This document shows, piece after piece, positions 30,490-40,627 of a stretch of 64,000 nucleotides of DNA. The position numbers and the translations under genes were made by a program. Position 1 is the first letter of the stretch, and each line of letters opens with the position of its first letter. Below the pieces are notes generated by a model, which was given only the letters and a program-made list of their open reading frames with translations, was not told the origin of the DNA and made no database searches. Source of the DNA: Chitinophagales bacterium (GTDB taxonomy: Bacteria > Bacteroidota > Bacteroidia > Chitinophagales > BACL12); the NCBI GenBank assembly GCA_044227505.1, contig JBGAWP010000005.1, positions 22,947 through 86,946 of the forward strand, in the 5' to 3' direction.

Positions 30490-31098
30490 GAAGAAATTAT
30501 ACGCCACCATAAAACTAAAAAATCCCGTCAGATATCCGAGATACACTTCGCGTTCGGTGTGGGCCTTTAATACTAAACGTGCTGCGCCAATACATCCTGC
30601 ACATAAAATAGTGATGATAAAAATTCCGAGAGAGTTATAATGTGCATATGGAAGTAAAATCATTATGGTTGCTATCATTCCTCCGGCTCCACTTGCATGC
30701 ATGCTTACTTTAAGCACTAGGATATTGATCATGAAATTTAAAAAAACAGCAATGGTGGATGCTAATAATATAAAAGTAATCTGAGGATAGAATTCCTCTT
30801 TAAAAAATACATAGAAGGCCCAGATATAAAAAAAACCCGCCGTTATATAGGGGATAATTCTTTCTTGTCGTTCATATACGTTCACCGATTTAATAAATTT
30901 TAAAGCGGCTAATAATGAAATGGTAAATGCAGGAAATATAAAAGTGAGTAATGCTACACGCAATAGCATAAGTTTATTCATATCTTGATCCGGATAATTA
31001 AATGGATTAGAATAAATAGCGTATATAGATCCATATAACGGTAACAACAGCGGAACGAAGAGTATGGAAAAAAAATGACCGAAGATCTTTTTTATCAT
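30481..31098 (-). CDS. PAP2-like polytopic membrane protein
   Basis: About 6 TM segments; KVSMH and RLVLKAHT.REVY.G motifs; overlaps the rpoN stop. Confidence 0.65.
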   Translation of the reverse strand: MIKKIFGHFFSILFVPLLLPLYGSIYAIYSNPFNYPDQDMNKLMLLRVALLTFIFPAFTISLLAALKFIKSVNVYERQERIIPYITAGFFYIWAFYVFFKEEFYPQITFILLASTIAVFLNFMINILVLKVSMHASGAGGMIATIMILLPYAHYNSLGIFIITILCAGCIGAARLVLKAHTEREVYLGYLTGFFSFMVAYNFFHF

Positions 31099-32579
31099 AA
31101 TTCCTTTCTTAACCTCGCCACGGGAATATCCAATTGTTCTCTGTATTTTGCCACTGTTCTTCTTGCAATATTATATCCGCGTTTTCGCAGGTCTTCCATT
31201 AACTCCTGATCGCTCAAAGGAATTTTTTTATTTTCTGATTCAATTAAACCGGAAAGTATTTTCTTCACCTCGCGGGTGGAAACCTCCTCCCCAGAATCGG
31301 TTGATAGAGATTCACTGAAAAAGAATTTTAAAGAGTAAGTACCAAATTCCGTTTGAACATATTTACTGTTCGCCACTCGACTTACTGTGGAAATGTCAAG
31401 GTTTGTTTTTTCTGCGATGTCTTTTAAGATCATCGGGTTCATTTGAGTTTCATCACCCGTTAAAAAGAAATCGTATTGGTGCAACATTATTTCATACATT
31501 GTACTCCACAAAGTATGTTGACGTTGTTTTATTGCGTCAATAAACCATTTGGCTGCATCAATTTTTTGTTTGATGAATAATATGGCTTCCTTTTGTTTTT
31601 TGTCTTTTAGTGCACTTTTTTTATAATCGACAACCATTTCTTTAAAGTCGCGACTCACATGCAGTTCCGGAGCATTGCGGGAATTTAATTTTAATTCCAG
31701 TTCACCATTGTTATTTATAATAGTAAAATCGGGAATAATATATTGAAAAGCAGCTCCGCCATCTTCTTTTGCACTTCCACCCGGTTTGGGATTTAATTTA
31801 ATGATCTCGTTTACAGCAGGTTTTAATTCTTCCTCTTCAACCTTTAAATGTTTAGCTAATTTTTCGTAATGTTTTTTTGTGAATTCCTCAAAATAATTCT
31901 CCACGATATTGATCGCGGTTTTTACACTCTTGGTATGTAATTTTCTTTCAAGTTGTAATAATAAACACTCACGCAGATCTCTTGCGCCAACTCCCGGCGG
32001 ATCAAATCCCTGGATCATATCTAATATTTCTATGATCTCTTCTTCATCTGTCACCACATTTTGTGAAAATGCAAGATCATCCACAATTGCTGAAATTTCT
32101 CTTCTTAAATATCCATCATCATCAATACTACCTAAAATTTGTTGTGCAATTTTTTCACGGCGTTCATCCATATCGCACATGCCTAATTGTTTGCTCAGAT
32201 TTTCGTGGAAGGTATCGTTTATTGCGTATGGAACGGTTTTGTTGTCATCCTCATCATCACCATAACTATCATCACGGGTTTTGTAGTCGGCGGTTTCATC
32301 ATCATTGATATAATCGTCCAGATCAAGTTCATCGTTTGTGGAATCATCGTTTTCATCCCCGGCCTCCTCCTTGCCTCCTTCTTCTTCACGAAACATTTCT
32401 TCTGTGCTGGTAAGCTCTTCCTCCTCATTATCTCCTTCCTCTAAGGCAGGATTGGACTCCAACTCTTCCTTGATCCGCTGCTCCAATTGGTCGGTAGGAA
32501 CCTGCAACAATTTCATTAACTGAATTTGTTGCGGCGATAATTTTTGTAATAATTTCTGACTTAGTCTTTGGTGTAACAT
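31095..32579 (-). CDS. rpoN: RNA polymerase sigma-54 factor
   Basis: QKLSPQQIQLMKLLQ, DISTVSRV and RpoN box ARRTVAKYRE. Confidence 0.97.
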   Translation of the reverse strand: MLHQRLSQKLLQKLSPQQIQLMKLLQVPTDQLEQRIKEELESNPALEEGDNEEEELTSTEEMFREEEGGKEEAGDENDDSTNDELDLDDYINDDETADYKTRDDSYGDDEDDNKTVPYAINDTFHENLSKQLGMCDMDERREKIAQQILGSIDDDGYLRREISAIVDDLAFSQNVVTDEEEIIEILDMIQGFDPPGVGARDLRECLLLQLERKLHTKSVKTAINIVENYFEEFTKKHYEKLAKHLKVEEEELKPAVNEIIKLNPKPGGSAKEDGGAAFQYIIPDFTIINNNGELELKLNSRNAPELHVSRDFKEMVVDYKKSALKDKKQKEAILFIKQKIDAAKWFIDAIKQRQHTLWSTMYEIMLHQYDFFLTGDETQMNPMILKDIAEKTNLDISTVSRVANSKYVQTEFGTYSLKFFFSESLSTDSGEEVSTREVKKILSGLIESENKKIPLSDQELMEDLRKRGYNIARRTVAKYREQLDIPVARLRKEL

Positions 32580-32712
32580 TGTTTATTAATTCTAACCCGC
32601 CCCAAATTTACCCCGAAATTATTTCTGTTTATGCTGTTTTTCCTATTGTATGAATAGAAAAAATTGATTATTGAATAATTTCAGCACCTGGCTGCATCAT
32701 TAAAATTCATTG

Positions 32713-32720
32713 TAATTTTG
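32713..32720 (+). promoter_or_regulatory. -7 promoter element of asnS
   Basis: TAATTTTG(CA), 20 nt before the ATG. Confidence 0.6.
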
Positions 32721-32740
32721 CACCCATTAATTTAAATTAT

Positions 32741-34276
32741 ATGCGTATAGAAAAATTTCAATACATACGGGAACTACATCAATTTGAAGGAAAAGAGGTA
32801 AGCCTGAAGGGTTGGGTGAGCAATAAACGCGAAAGCAAAGGGCTGGTATTTATTATTTTGCGCGATGGTAGCGGATTTGCTCAGTGCGTGGTTGATGCCA
32901 ATAAAGTAAATACAGAAGTATTTGAAAATGCTAAAAAATTAACACTGGAAAGCTCTCTTTCTCTTACTGGCTCAGTAGTAAAAGATGAACGCCAGGTTGG
33001 AGGGTATGAAGTTCAGGTTTCCGGTTTGGAGATAATTCAGATAGCAGAGGAATATCCCATTGCTAAAAAAGAACATGGCATTGAATTTTTAATTGATAAT
33101 CGCCACTTATGGCTCCGCAGCAAAAAACAATGGGCCATGATGCGTTTGCGCAATAGGGTCATTTTTGCAATCCATAATTTCTTTCAGCAAAATGATTTTT
33201 TACAAATGGATGCTCCCATTTTTACAGGAAATGCCTGCGAAGGAACATCTACCCTGTTTGAAACCGATTTTTACGGAAGACCGGCCTATCTGAGTCAGAG
33301 TGGACAGTTATACGGGGAATCGCTTGCATTTGCGCATGGTAAAATTTACACTTTCGGACCAACATTTCGCGCCGAAAAAAGTAAAACACGACGCCATCTC
33401 TCCGAATTTTGGATGATAGAACCCGAAATGGCGTTTTATGATCTTGATATGGATATGGATCTGATCGAACAGTTTTTAAAATCGGTGGTTGCCGATGTTT
33501 TAGAAAATTGCAAAGAAGAACTTGAAATTTTGGAGCGGAATATCACATTTTTATCCAACGCCGTATCCTTACAATTCCCAAGAATTCATTACGATGATGC
33601 AGTAAAAATTATACGCGGAGAAAAGGATGTGGATGGGAAAAACAGCATTAAAACATTGGAAAATGATCTGCTTGATTTGAAAGAAAAGATCACCACCTTA
33701 GAAAATGAAATTACGGAACGCGAAAATAAGATCAACAGTGGCGCATTAAAACAAGGGGAGATCAACTTCAATAAAAATAAGATCGACACCTTAAAAAATG
33801 AGATAAAAGATCTGCAGGAAAAGGCAGATAATATTCCTCAATGGCTGCTTTCTGCAAAAAATTTCGAACATGGAAACGATTTTGGGGGAAGTGATGAAAC
33901 AGTATTAACACGTTTATTTTCCTGTCCGGTAATGGTCTATAACTGGCCGGCCGCCATTAAAGCATTTTATATGAAACGCGATCCAAAGGATCCGAGATAT
34001 GTAAAAGGGGTGGATGTTCTGGCACCTGAAGGATATGGTGAAATTGTTGGTGGTGCGGAGCGGGAAGATGATCACGACCTGTTATTGGAACGTATCAAAC
34101 ACGAACAATTACCGGTGGAAGCATTCCAATGGTATCTCGATTTGCGCAAATATGGCTCCGTTCCCCATGCAGGTTTTGGACTCGGACTGGAACGCATGGT
34201 GATGTGGATCAGCGGCAGTCAGCACATCAGGGAATCTATTCCGTTTCCAAGGTTTTATGGAAGATTGGAGCCTTGA
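32741..34276 (+). CDS. asnS: Asparagine--tRNA ligase with coiled-coil insertion
   Basis: OB fold (LRDGSG), RHLWLRS, SQSGQLY, FRAEKSKTRRHLSEFW, PHAGFGLGLER. Confidence 0.95.
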   Translation: MRIEKFQYIRELHQFEGKEVSLKGWVSNKRESKGLVFIILRDGSGFAQCVVDANKVNTEVFENAKKLTLESSLSLTGSVVKDERQVGGYEVQVSGLEIIQIAEEYPIAKKEHGIEFLIDNRHLWLRSKKQWAMMRLRNRVIFAIHNFFQQNDFLQMDAPIFTGNACEGTSTLFETDFYGRPAYLSQSGQLYGESLAFAHGKIYTFGPTFRAEKSKTRRHLSEFWMIEPEMAFYDLDMDMDLIEQFLKSVVADVLENCKEELEILERNITFLSNAVSLQFPRIHYDDAVKIIRGEKDVDGKNSIKTLENDLLDLKEKITTLENEITERENKINSGALKQGEINFNKNKIDTLKNEIKDLQEKADNIPQWLLSAKNFEHGNDFGGSDETVLTRLFSCPVMVYNWPAAIKAFYMKRDPKDPRYVKGVDVLAPEGYGEIVGGAEREDDHDLLLERIKHEQLPVEAFQWYLDLRKYGSVPHAGFGLGLERMVMWISGSQHIRESIPFPRFYGRLEP

Positions 34277-34280
34277 AAAA

Positions 34281-34675
34281 GGGGAGTGGTGAGTGGGGAG
34301 TGGTGAGAATGTAAGTCCACCACTGCCGATTGATTTATCCTCCGAAATGAAACTTTCAGGTGAATGAGTAATGAGTGATGAGTAATGAGTGTGGCAGTCG
34401 ACTACCGAATATTTTATGCTCCGTGTTGAAATTTTTAGGTAGAAATCAAATTTACATCCATAATCGAAGTAAACTCATTACTCATTACTCATTCAATTGT
34501 TAAGAGTCAATAGTCAGGAAAATAAACATTCAGATTACAAGGATTAAGCTCACCACTCACTATTCACCACTCACCATTACTCAGGATTCATTAGTTAGGA
34601 GAAAAAATATCCGCCCACGAGAATCATACTCATTACTCATAACTCATTACTCATTCTCATCACTCATTTCTCATT
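34281..34675. repeat. Composite heptamer-arm repeat cluster with nested inverted arms
   Basis: GAGTGGT arm 34284-34307; GAGTAAT arm 34363-34390; CTCATTA arms 34473-34493 and 34629-34656; CTCACCA arm 34549-34576; two degenerate 81-bp units at about 34496-34660. Confidence 0.85.
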
Positions 34676-34694
34676 TTTCATTAATTTTACCATC

Positions 34695-35642
34695 ATGAAC
34701 TCCATACCTACCGTAAACCTTGCAGATTTCACATCAGGAGATAAGGCGAGGAAACTGAAATTCGTTGCAGAACTTGGTAAAGCCTATCAGGAAGTTGGCT
34801 TTGTGGCAGTTCAAAATCATGGCATTGACCAAAAATTGGTAGACGATTTTTATAAATCGGTGGAAGATTTTTTTGCTCTCCCGGAAAATATCAAAAGAAA
34901 ATATGAAGTTCCTGGATTAGCCGGACAACGCGGTTATACTTCTTTCGGAAAAGAACACGCGAAACACAGTCAGGCCGCAGATCTCAAAGAATTCTGGCAA
35001 ATTGGCCAAACAGTGATCGACGGTGAAGTGGTTTCAGATAATTATCCTGAAAATGTGAAGGTTATGGAGTTACCAGAATTTAACGATCTTGGATATAGAT
35101 TATATAGAAGTTTTGAAAATTCAGGTCGTTTTTTATTGCAATCTCTCGCTTTGTTTTTAGGACTGGATGAATTTTATTTTGATGAAAAGATCCACAATGG
35201 AAATTCTATTTTACGAGCCATCTATTATCCACCTATTACACAAGAACCCGCTTCTGCGATACGTGCTGAACAACATGAAGATATTAACCTCATTACTTTA
35301 TTAGTTGGTGCAAGTGCCGATGGGTTAGAAGTGATGGACACAGCTGGTAATTGGGTTGCCGTAAAAACAGCTCCCACTGAAATTGTAGTTAATGTGGGCG
35401 ACATGTTGCAACGCCTTACCAATAATGAATTAAAATCAACAACACACCGGGTAGTGAACCCACCACGGGAAAGATGGCACACACCGCGTTTCTCCATACC
35501 TTTCTTTTTACACCCAAAATCTGAAATGGATCTAACCTGTTTACCCTCCTGTATTACCACACAAAACCCGATCAATTATGAGTCAATCACCGCCGGCGAA
35601 TATTTAAATGAAAGACTTAGGGAGATTGGTCTGAAAAAGTAA
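34695..35642 (+). CDS. Isopenicillin N synthase-family 2OG-Fe(II) oxygenase
   Basis: HEDINLITLL, NVGDML, HRVVN, RFSIPFF (HxD...H, RxS). Confidence 0.92.
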   Translation: MNSIPTVNLADFTSGDKARKLKFVAELGKAYQEVGFVAVQNHGIDQKLVDDFYKSVEDFFALPENIKRKYEVPGLAGQRGYTSFGKEHAKHSQAADLKEFWQIGQTVIDGEVVSDNYPENVKVMELPEFNDLGYRLYRSFENSGRFLLQSLALFLGLDEFYFDEKIHNGNSILRAIYYPPITQEPASAIRAEQHEDINLITLLVGASADGLEVMDTAGNWVAVKTAPTEIVVNVGDMLQRLTNNELKSTTHRVVNPPRERWHTPRFSIPFFLHPKSEMDLTCLPSCITTQNPINYESITAGEYLNERLREIGLKK

Positions 35643-35801
35643 AGTTTTATATTAATGCAAGGTTGTAATGCATTTAATTTTTGATGAATTTTTAAAGCTT
35701 GTCACAAATAAATTGATTAAGCAATAATTCATACAATTGTTATGATTATTTTTGGGGCTTTAACAATAAAATATCCATTGTAGAACATTAAAATCGTAAT
35801 T

Positions 35802-36584
35802 ATGAAAAATCGTATACTCTTTTTAGTCTTAACCTTTGCAGCACTTGGTGCCTTTGGTCAGACAGGTTTTCACGCCGGATTAAATGCCGGATTCAACAGC
35901 GTTTGGATCGTGAATCAGAATATTTATGGATATAAGGAATTAGATTATATCAGAAACTTCGGTGTAGTTCCCGGTGTGGCGCTTGGATATAATTTTACGG
36001 ATAATATGGGTGTTCAATTGGAATTGAATTACGCTCCTCTCGGTCAGGATTATTCAGATGTTTCGAGTTCCTTCAGTCTTGCAGATGATGGCCAGGGAAA
36101 AAGGATCAAGGTGGAAACATTCCGTTACGTTGATCTGAATTATTTATCTATTCCGATCTTATTCAGGTATCAATCAACACGTGCAAAAAAATCGATCATT
36201 TCATACCACTTGATGGTAGGACCAACCATTGGGTTATTATTATCTGCCGATCAAAAATTTGAAGCCGATGTTTATGATGATGGGAATATTGTTACACTTG
36301 ACAATAGTATAATATTGGATACAGTAGTAGCTGAATTTGCTAAAACAGATGCAATTGAACCTATGGAAGATTATTTTTCTAAATTGGATTTCGGCTTTTC
36401 TGCTGACGCTGGGGTTGATATTTACCTCAACGATAATTTGTTTGTTACACCGGCAATTAAAGTGTATTATGGTTTAACGGATATTAATTCAAAACCTACC
36501 AGAGAGGTAACGGGATATGCCGCTTCACATAATTTTTTCGGAGGGATATATGTAGGAATACATTATTTATTTAAAGCTGATTAA
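35802..36584 (+). CDS. Outer membrane beta-barrel (PorT-like) protein
   Basis: Signal peptide, alternating beta strands, LNYLSIPIL motif, aromatic C-terminal strand. Confidence 0.75.
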   Translation: MKNRILFLVLTFAALGAFGQTGFHAGLNAGFNSVWIVNQNIYGYKELDYIRNFGVVPGVALGYNFTDNMGVQLELNYAPLGQDYSDVSSSFSLADDGQGKRIKVETFRYVDLNYLSIPILFRYQSTRAKKSIISYHLMVGPTIGLLLSADQKFEADVYDDGNIVTLDNSIILDTVVAEFAKTDAIEPMEDYFSKLDFGFSADAGVDIYLNDNLFVTPAIKVYYGLTDINSKPTREVTGYAASHNFFGGIYVGIHYLFKAD

Positions 36585-36607
36585 TTTCTGAGTAAGATAA
36601 ATTTTTT

Positions 36608-36638
36608 AACCCTTTCGTGTAATGCGGAAGGGTTTTTT
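36608..36638 (+). terminator. Intrinsic terminator
   Basis: AACCCTTTCGT-gtaat-GCGGAAGGGTT followed by a T-run. Confidence 0.75.
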
Positions 36639-36699
36639 AATTTCGGATGGCGACGAATAAAAAATTGTATTTCATTTTTAACCCACAAAACACAAAAGA

Positions 36700-36783
36700 G
36701 TTGCCACGAATACACGAATAAAAATATTTATCACATAATAATAAACTCTCCCGATGGCTGTTCTTTCGTGCATTCGTGGCAAC
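36700..36783. repeat. 19-bp inverted repeat built from CACGAAT units
   Basis: GTTGCCACGAATACACGAA ... TTCGTGCATTCGTGGCAAC; one mismatch, 46-nt spacer. Confidence 0.75.
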
Positions 36784-37045
36784 AATTAAAACCCACAATA
36801 TATAAAATAATTAGTCATGAATACACAAACTAAAACAAAGGTGTATAACAAATATTAACCTGTTGACTTTTCATTTGGGGCAACAAATATTACAGCGACA
36901 CCACAATCGGCAAAAACGTATTGGATTAAAAGGTAAAACCTCGAAGAATGCAATTAATACCTCTCTTCGGGAAATAATTTAACTATTGAAAATTAATGTA
37001 ATTAGGTAATGCAAAGCTGCTCTGTTTTTAGGAGGCTATTCAACG

Positions 37046-37087
37046 AAAAAACCCTGAAGCGAGCAAATGAGCTCTATTCAGGGTTTT
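37046..37087 (-). terminator. Intrinsic terminator of the lysyl-oxidase-like gene
   Basis: AAAACCCTGAA...TTCAGGGTTTT stem; T-run on the minus strand. Confidence 0.65.
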
Positions 37088-37116
37088 ATTAATTAATATT
37101 TTGATCTGCTTCTGGA

Positions 37117-39186
37117 CTATTCTACAATAATATTTTTACTCACTGCATTTCCTTCTGAAACAACTTTTACCAGATAAACGCCTGATGCATTTCCGGAAAT
37201 ATTAACCGGAACATTTATTTCACCGTTTGCATTGGAAATTGTTTTATTAAAGATCTGCTGACCCGTAACATTTGTAACAGTTATAATTAATTCTTCAACC
37301 GGCGTTGTATTTAATTCGATATTAAATTCTGTATTTGCCGGATTTGGATATATATTAAATGAATTTAAAGAAGATATATCTCCAATAGCCGAACAAACTT
37401 TAACTTCTACATCAACAGATGCTCTGTCGCTTTGGCAAGAAAATATTCCTGTGCCTGTAACATGCCAGTCGTAGAAATAATAAAAACGACTTTCGTCATA
37501 ACTGCTGTTTGTTATGCTGATCAAACCATCAATATTATATGGATAATCTGTTCCTGCAGTACTGCGTTTTAAAAATGGAGAAATTTCTCCGAATGTATCA
37601 TCGTTAACAGCATCATTAGTTCCTAAACGATATCCTGATCCTGCCGGAACATCAAAATTAAGATCAATTATTGTTGTTCCTGTTGGGATATCAATTAATA
37701 AAGATTCCAACACAACATCAGCTGCATTTCTTAATTCAATTTGACGCTCACCCGGATAATCGGTATATACCTTCACAGAAGATAAAGTAATATCCTCGTA
37801 GGTATCAAATATTTCATATCCATTATAAGGAGAACCAGTGCTATAATTTGAACCTTCGTGATCCACCTGACCAACATGTGCATCTATATAGGTAATTGTT
37901 TCATCTATATTTTCTGCGTAAAAGGTTGTATTTTCAAAAAGATCAACAGTGGTCAGGGTTGTTCCTGTTCCTAATAATGTTCCGCCAATTGCAGCATCAT
38001 ACCAATTTACAATTCCATCTGCTGTTGCGGTTATCATTGCAGGTGTTCCTGCACAAACAGCCTCTACTGCAGCAATTGTAGGAGGAGTAGTTTCAATAAA
38101 TTCAATTGTAATAGTATCCGTAATTAAATCTCCGCATTCGCGTTCAACAAAACAATAATATTCACCTGATTCTGTAACGGTAATTGTATTTGTTGTTTCC
38201 CCATTCGACCAGGTATATCCTGTGCCGATAGGTGCAGTACTTAATTCAATGGATTCGCTTGCACAAATTGTTAATGTTCCGGGAGTTATCATAGTTCCAC
38301 CAGAATAGGTAACTGGTAATGAAGTAACATCTTCCGGTTGATCAGTTAAAGTAAATGGCACAGCGCTCACATTATTATTATCACTTTCTTCTAAATAATT
38401 TCCGTTCGGATCAATTTCAACAACGATATAATAATCGCCATTACAAACTCCGGCAGGAACATCAATGGTCATACCATCAAGGTAATAATCGTAAATATCT
38501 AAGTAACCAACTGAAATTCCCTGATTTGTGATCGCACAATTGTAATTGCCACCACCTAAACCATAATTTTCAATATCGTTTGTAATAACAGTTCCATCAT
38601 CTTCGCGACAATGCCCATAATTACCCGGTGAAGCACAATTGGCAAGATCCATTAAACAGAATCCCATTTTTGTTCCATAACCAAGTATTGGCCATTCGGT
38701 TGGATCATCAACCCCGTCAACCGGTTTGCGCAAAGTATATACACCCCAATTATCAGTGTGAAAGTGACCGTGGTCAGGGTGATAAGTCATGGAACCTGCG
38801 TTTTTATCCCAATAGGTCATTTCGGTTCCGTTTTTATGGTAAATTCTCTGGTCAATTATTTGGTGAGGAGCTGACCCATCCGGACAGGTTTCCAAACCGG
38901 TAGCATCAAAAATAGTATCACCTCCACAAACATAATAGTCGGTTGCAACAACACGCAATGGCCCGTGACCAATATTCGGAGTTCCAACGGAAAGCAGAAT
39001 TTCACCCGGATTTTCGATCAGGGAGCCCGCCTCCATCAAAAGGTCGTCGCTGGAAGTAATGTCCGGAAGCAGGTCGCAATCGGAACTACCGTCTAAACAA
39101 TCGCAATCAGTGGCATTAGTAGTGGTACATTGGCTTTGTACAACGAAAGGCGCTGCAGCCAACATCAGAAGTAAGATTTTTTTCAT
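37117..39186 (-). CDS. Secreted lysyl oxidase-like protein with Ig-like domains and T9SS sorting domain
   Basis: HPDHGHFH, KMGFCLMD, QGISVGYLDIY, EIDPNG...ESDNNN; IYPNPA...SGVYLV. Confidence 0.85.
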   Translation of the reverse strand: MKKILLLMLAAAPFVVQSQCTTTNATDCDCLDGSSDCDLLPDITSSDDLLMEAGSLIENPGEILLSVGTPNIGHGPLRVVATDYYVCGGDTIFDATGLETCPDGSAPHQIIDQRIYHKNGTEMTYWDKNAGSMTYHPDHGHFHTDNWGVYTLRKPVDGVDDPTEWPILGYGTKMGFCLMDLANCASPGNYGHCREDDGTVITNDIENYGLGGGNYNCAITNQGISVGYLDIYDYYLDGMTIDVPAGVCNGDYYIVVEIDPNGNYLEESDNNNVSAVPFTLTDQPEDVTSLPVTYSGGTMITPGTLTICASESIELSTAPIGTGYTWSNGETTNTITVTESGEYYCFVERECGDLITDTITIEFIETTPPTIAAVEAVCAGTPAMITATADGIVNWYDAAIGGTLLGTGTTLTTVDLFENTTFYAENIDETITYIDAHVGQVDHEGSNYSTGSPYNGYEIFDTYEDITLSSVKVYTDYPGERQIELRNAADVVLESLLIDIPTGTTIIDLNFDVPAGSGYRLGTNDAVNDDTFGEISPFLKRSTAGTDYPYNIDGLISITNSSYDESRFYYFYDWHVTGTGIFSCQSDRASVDVEVKVCSAIGDISSLNSFNIYPNPANTEFNIELNTTPVEELIITVTNVTGQQIFNKTISNANGEINVPVNISGNASGVYLVKVVSEGNAVSKNIIVE

Positions 39187-39267
39187 ATTAATTTTTTTGA
39201 GATTTGAGTCGTGTCCGTATCAAATGGTGTCGAAAGGTAAAGATATTTTTTTGGATAATCAAAATAA

Positions 39268-39606
39268 GGAGAGAGGAGAGAGGAGAAAGGAGAGAGGAGT
39301 TTAAATTTCTTCGAAATTTTAGCAGGTTCTACTTTTTGTTTTCCTGATACCTGATACTTGATACCTGATACCCAAAATGGAGTTTAAATTACTTGCGAAA
39401 TTTTCTGGGTGTAACGTTAGTGAGACCTTCGCTGAGAGCGAAAGCTTCACTAGCTTCGCATTAATGCATTTCCCACCATTTGTTTTCCTTATACTTGATA
39501 CCTGATACCCGATACACCTGTGTTTTCCCGTATATCGCGTCCTATGTCCGCTTTCCCATGTCCTATATCAATCCTATGTCCTATGTCCTACTTCCTAAGT
39601 CCTATT
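39268..39606. repeat. Heptamer-arm cluster: GGAGAGA, CCTGATA (two tracts), CCTATGT
   Basis: Tracts at 39268-39299, 39343-39373, 39488-39515 and 39539-39606; duplicated core ggagtttaaatt..cgaaatttt at about 39296 and 39379. Confidence 0.85.
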
Positions 39607-40624
39607 TGATTTCCCAGATCTCCGATCCTCTCAATAATTTATCCAGATCAGGAACACCTTTACCTAACGCTGCATTTAATTGATCAGTCATCATATCTTC
39701 ATAGGTAGGACGAGCGCTATTTGCATAAAAAATTCCGAAGGGTCGAGGAAGATGTCCTACGTTTGCAGGGTTATCAAAAATGCGCGCTAATATTTGTGCT
39801 TTATAAATATCTGTTTCGTCGTGGATCCAAAGATCATCTTTAGAAAAACCGGAAGTAAGATCAACGGATATTGGAGTAAATCCATCTAATTTAATTCCCT
39901 TATTATCTCCTTCGCCATAAACCAATGGTTGACCGTGACGAACGAAAATATCATTTTCTTTTTTTGTTGCTTTTTCTGTAAATGCTTCAAAAGCACCATC
40001 ATTAAAAATATTACAGTTCTGATATATTTCTAAGAAAGAAGTTCCTTTATGTGCATTAGCGCGCATTAATGCTTCCTGCAAATGTGCGGGATCTCTGTCC
40101 ATGCTTCTTGCAACAAAAGTTGCATCGGCACCCAATGCCAAAGCTGCAGGATTAAATGGATGATCAATACTTCCAACAGGAGTTGATTTAGCAACTTTTC
40201 CAACCGGTGATGTAGGAGAATATTGTCCTTTTGTTAAACCATAAATTTCGTTGTTGAATAATAAAATATTCACATTAAAATTTCTGCGCAATAAATGTAT
40301 CATGTGATTTCCGCCGATAGATAAACCATCACCATCACCTGTAACAATCCAAACACTTAATTCGGGACGAGCAGCTTTTAATCCGGAGGCAACTGCTGTT
40401 GCGCGACCGTGAATACTGTGCATTCCGAAGGTATTGGTATAATACGGAAACCGCGATGAACAGCCGATTCCAGATACCACTACAATATTTTCTCTCGCAA
40501 TACCCAAGCCAGGTAATACCGTATGCACTTGTTTCAAAATAGAATAATCCCCACAACCCGGGCACCACCGTACTTCCTGGTCAGTTTGAAAATCTTTCGC
40601 TGTTAATTGAATCGTTTCACTCAT
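39602..40624 (-). CDS. korB: 2-oxoacid:ferredoxin oxidoreductase beta subunit
   Basis: WCPGCGD, SGIGCSSR, GDGDGLSIGGNH, NNEIYGLTKGQYSPT. Confidence 0.93.
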   Translation of the reverse strand: MSETIQLTAKDFQTDQEVRWCPGCGDYSILKQVHTVLPGLGIARENIVVVSGIGCSSRFPYYTNTFGMHSIHGRATAVASGLKAARPELSVWIVTGDGDGLSIGGNHMIHLLRRNFNVNILLFNNEIYGLTKGQYSPTSPVGKVAKSTPVGSIDHPFNPAALALGADATFVARSMDRDPAHLQEALMRANAHKGTSFLEIYQNCNIFNDGAFEAFTEKATKKENDIFVRHGQPLVYGEGDNKGIKLDGFTPISVDLTSGFSKDDLWIHDETDIYKAQILARIFDNPANVGHLPRPFGIFYANSARPTYEDMMTDQLNAALGKGVPDLDKLLRGSEIWEIK

Positions 40625-40627
40625 GAT

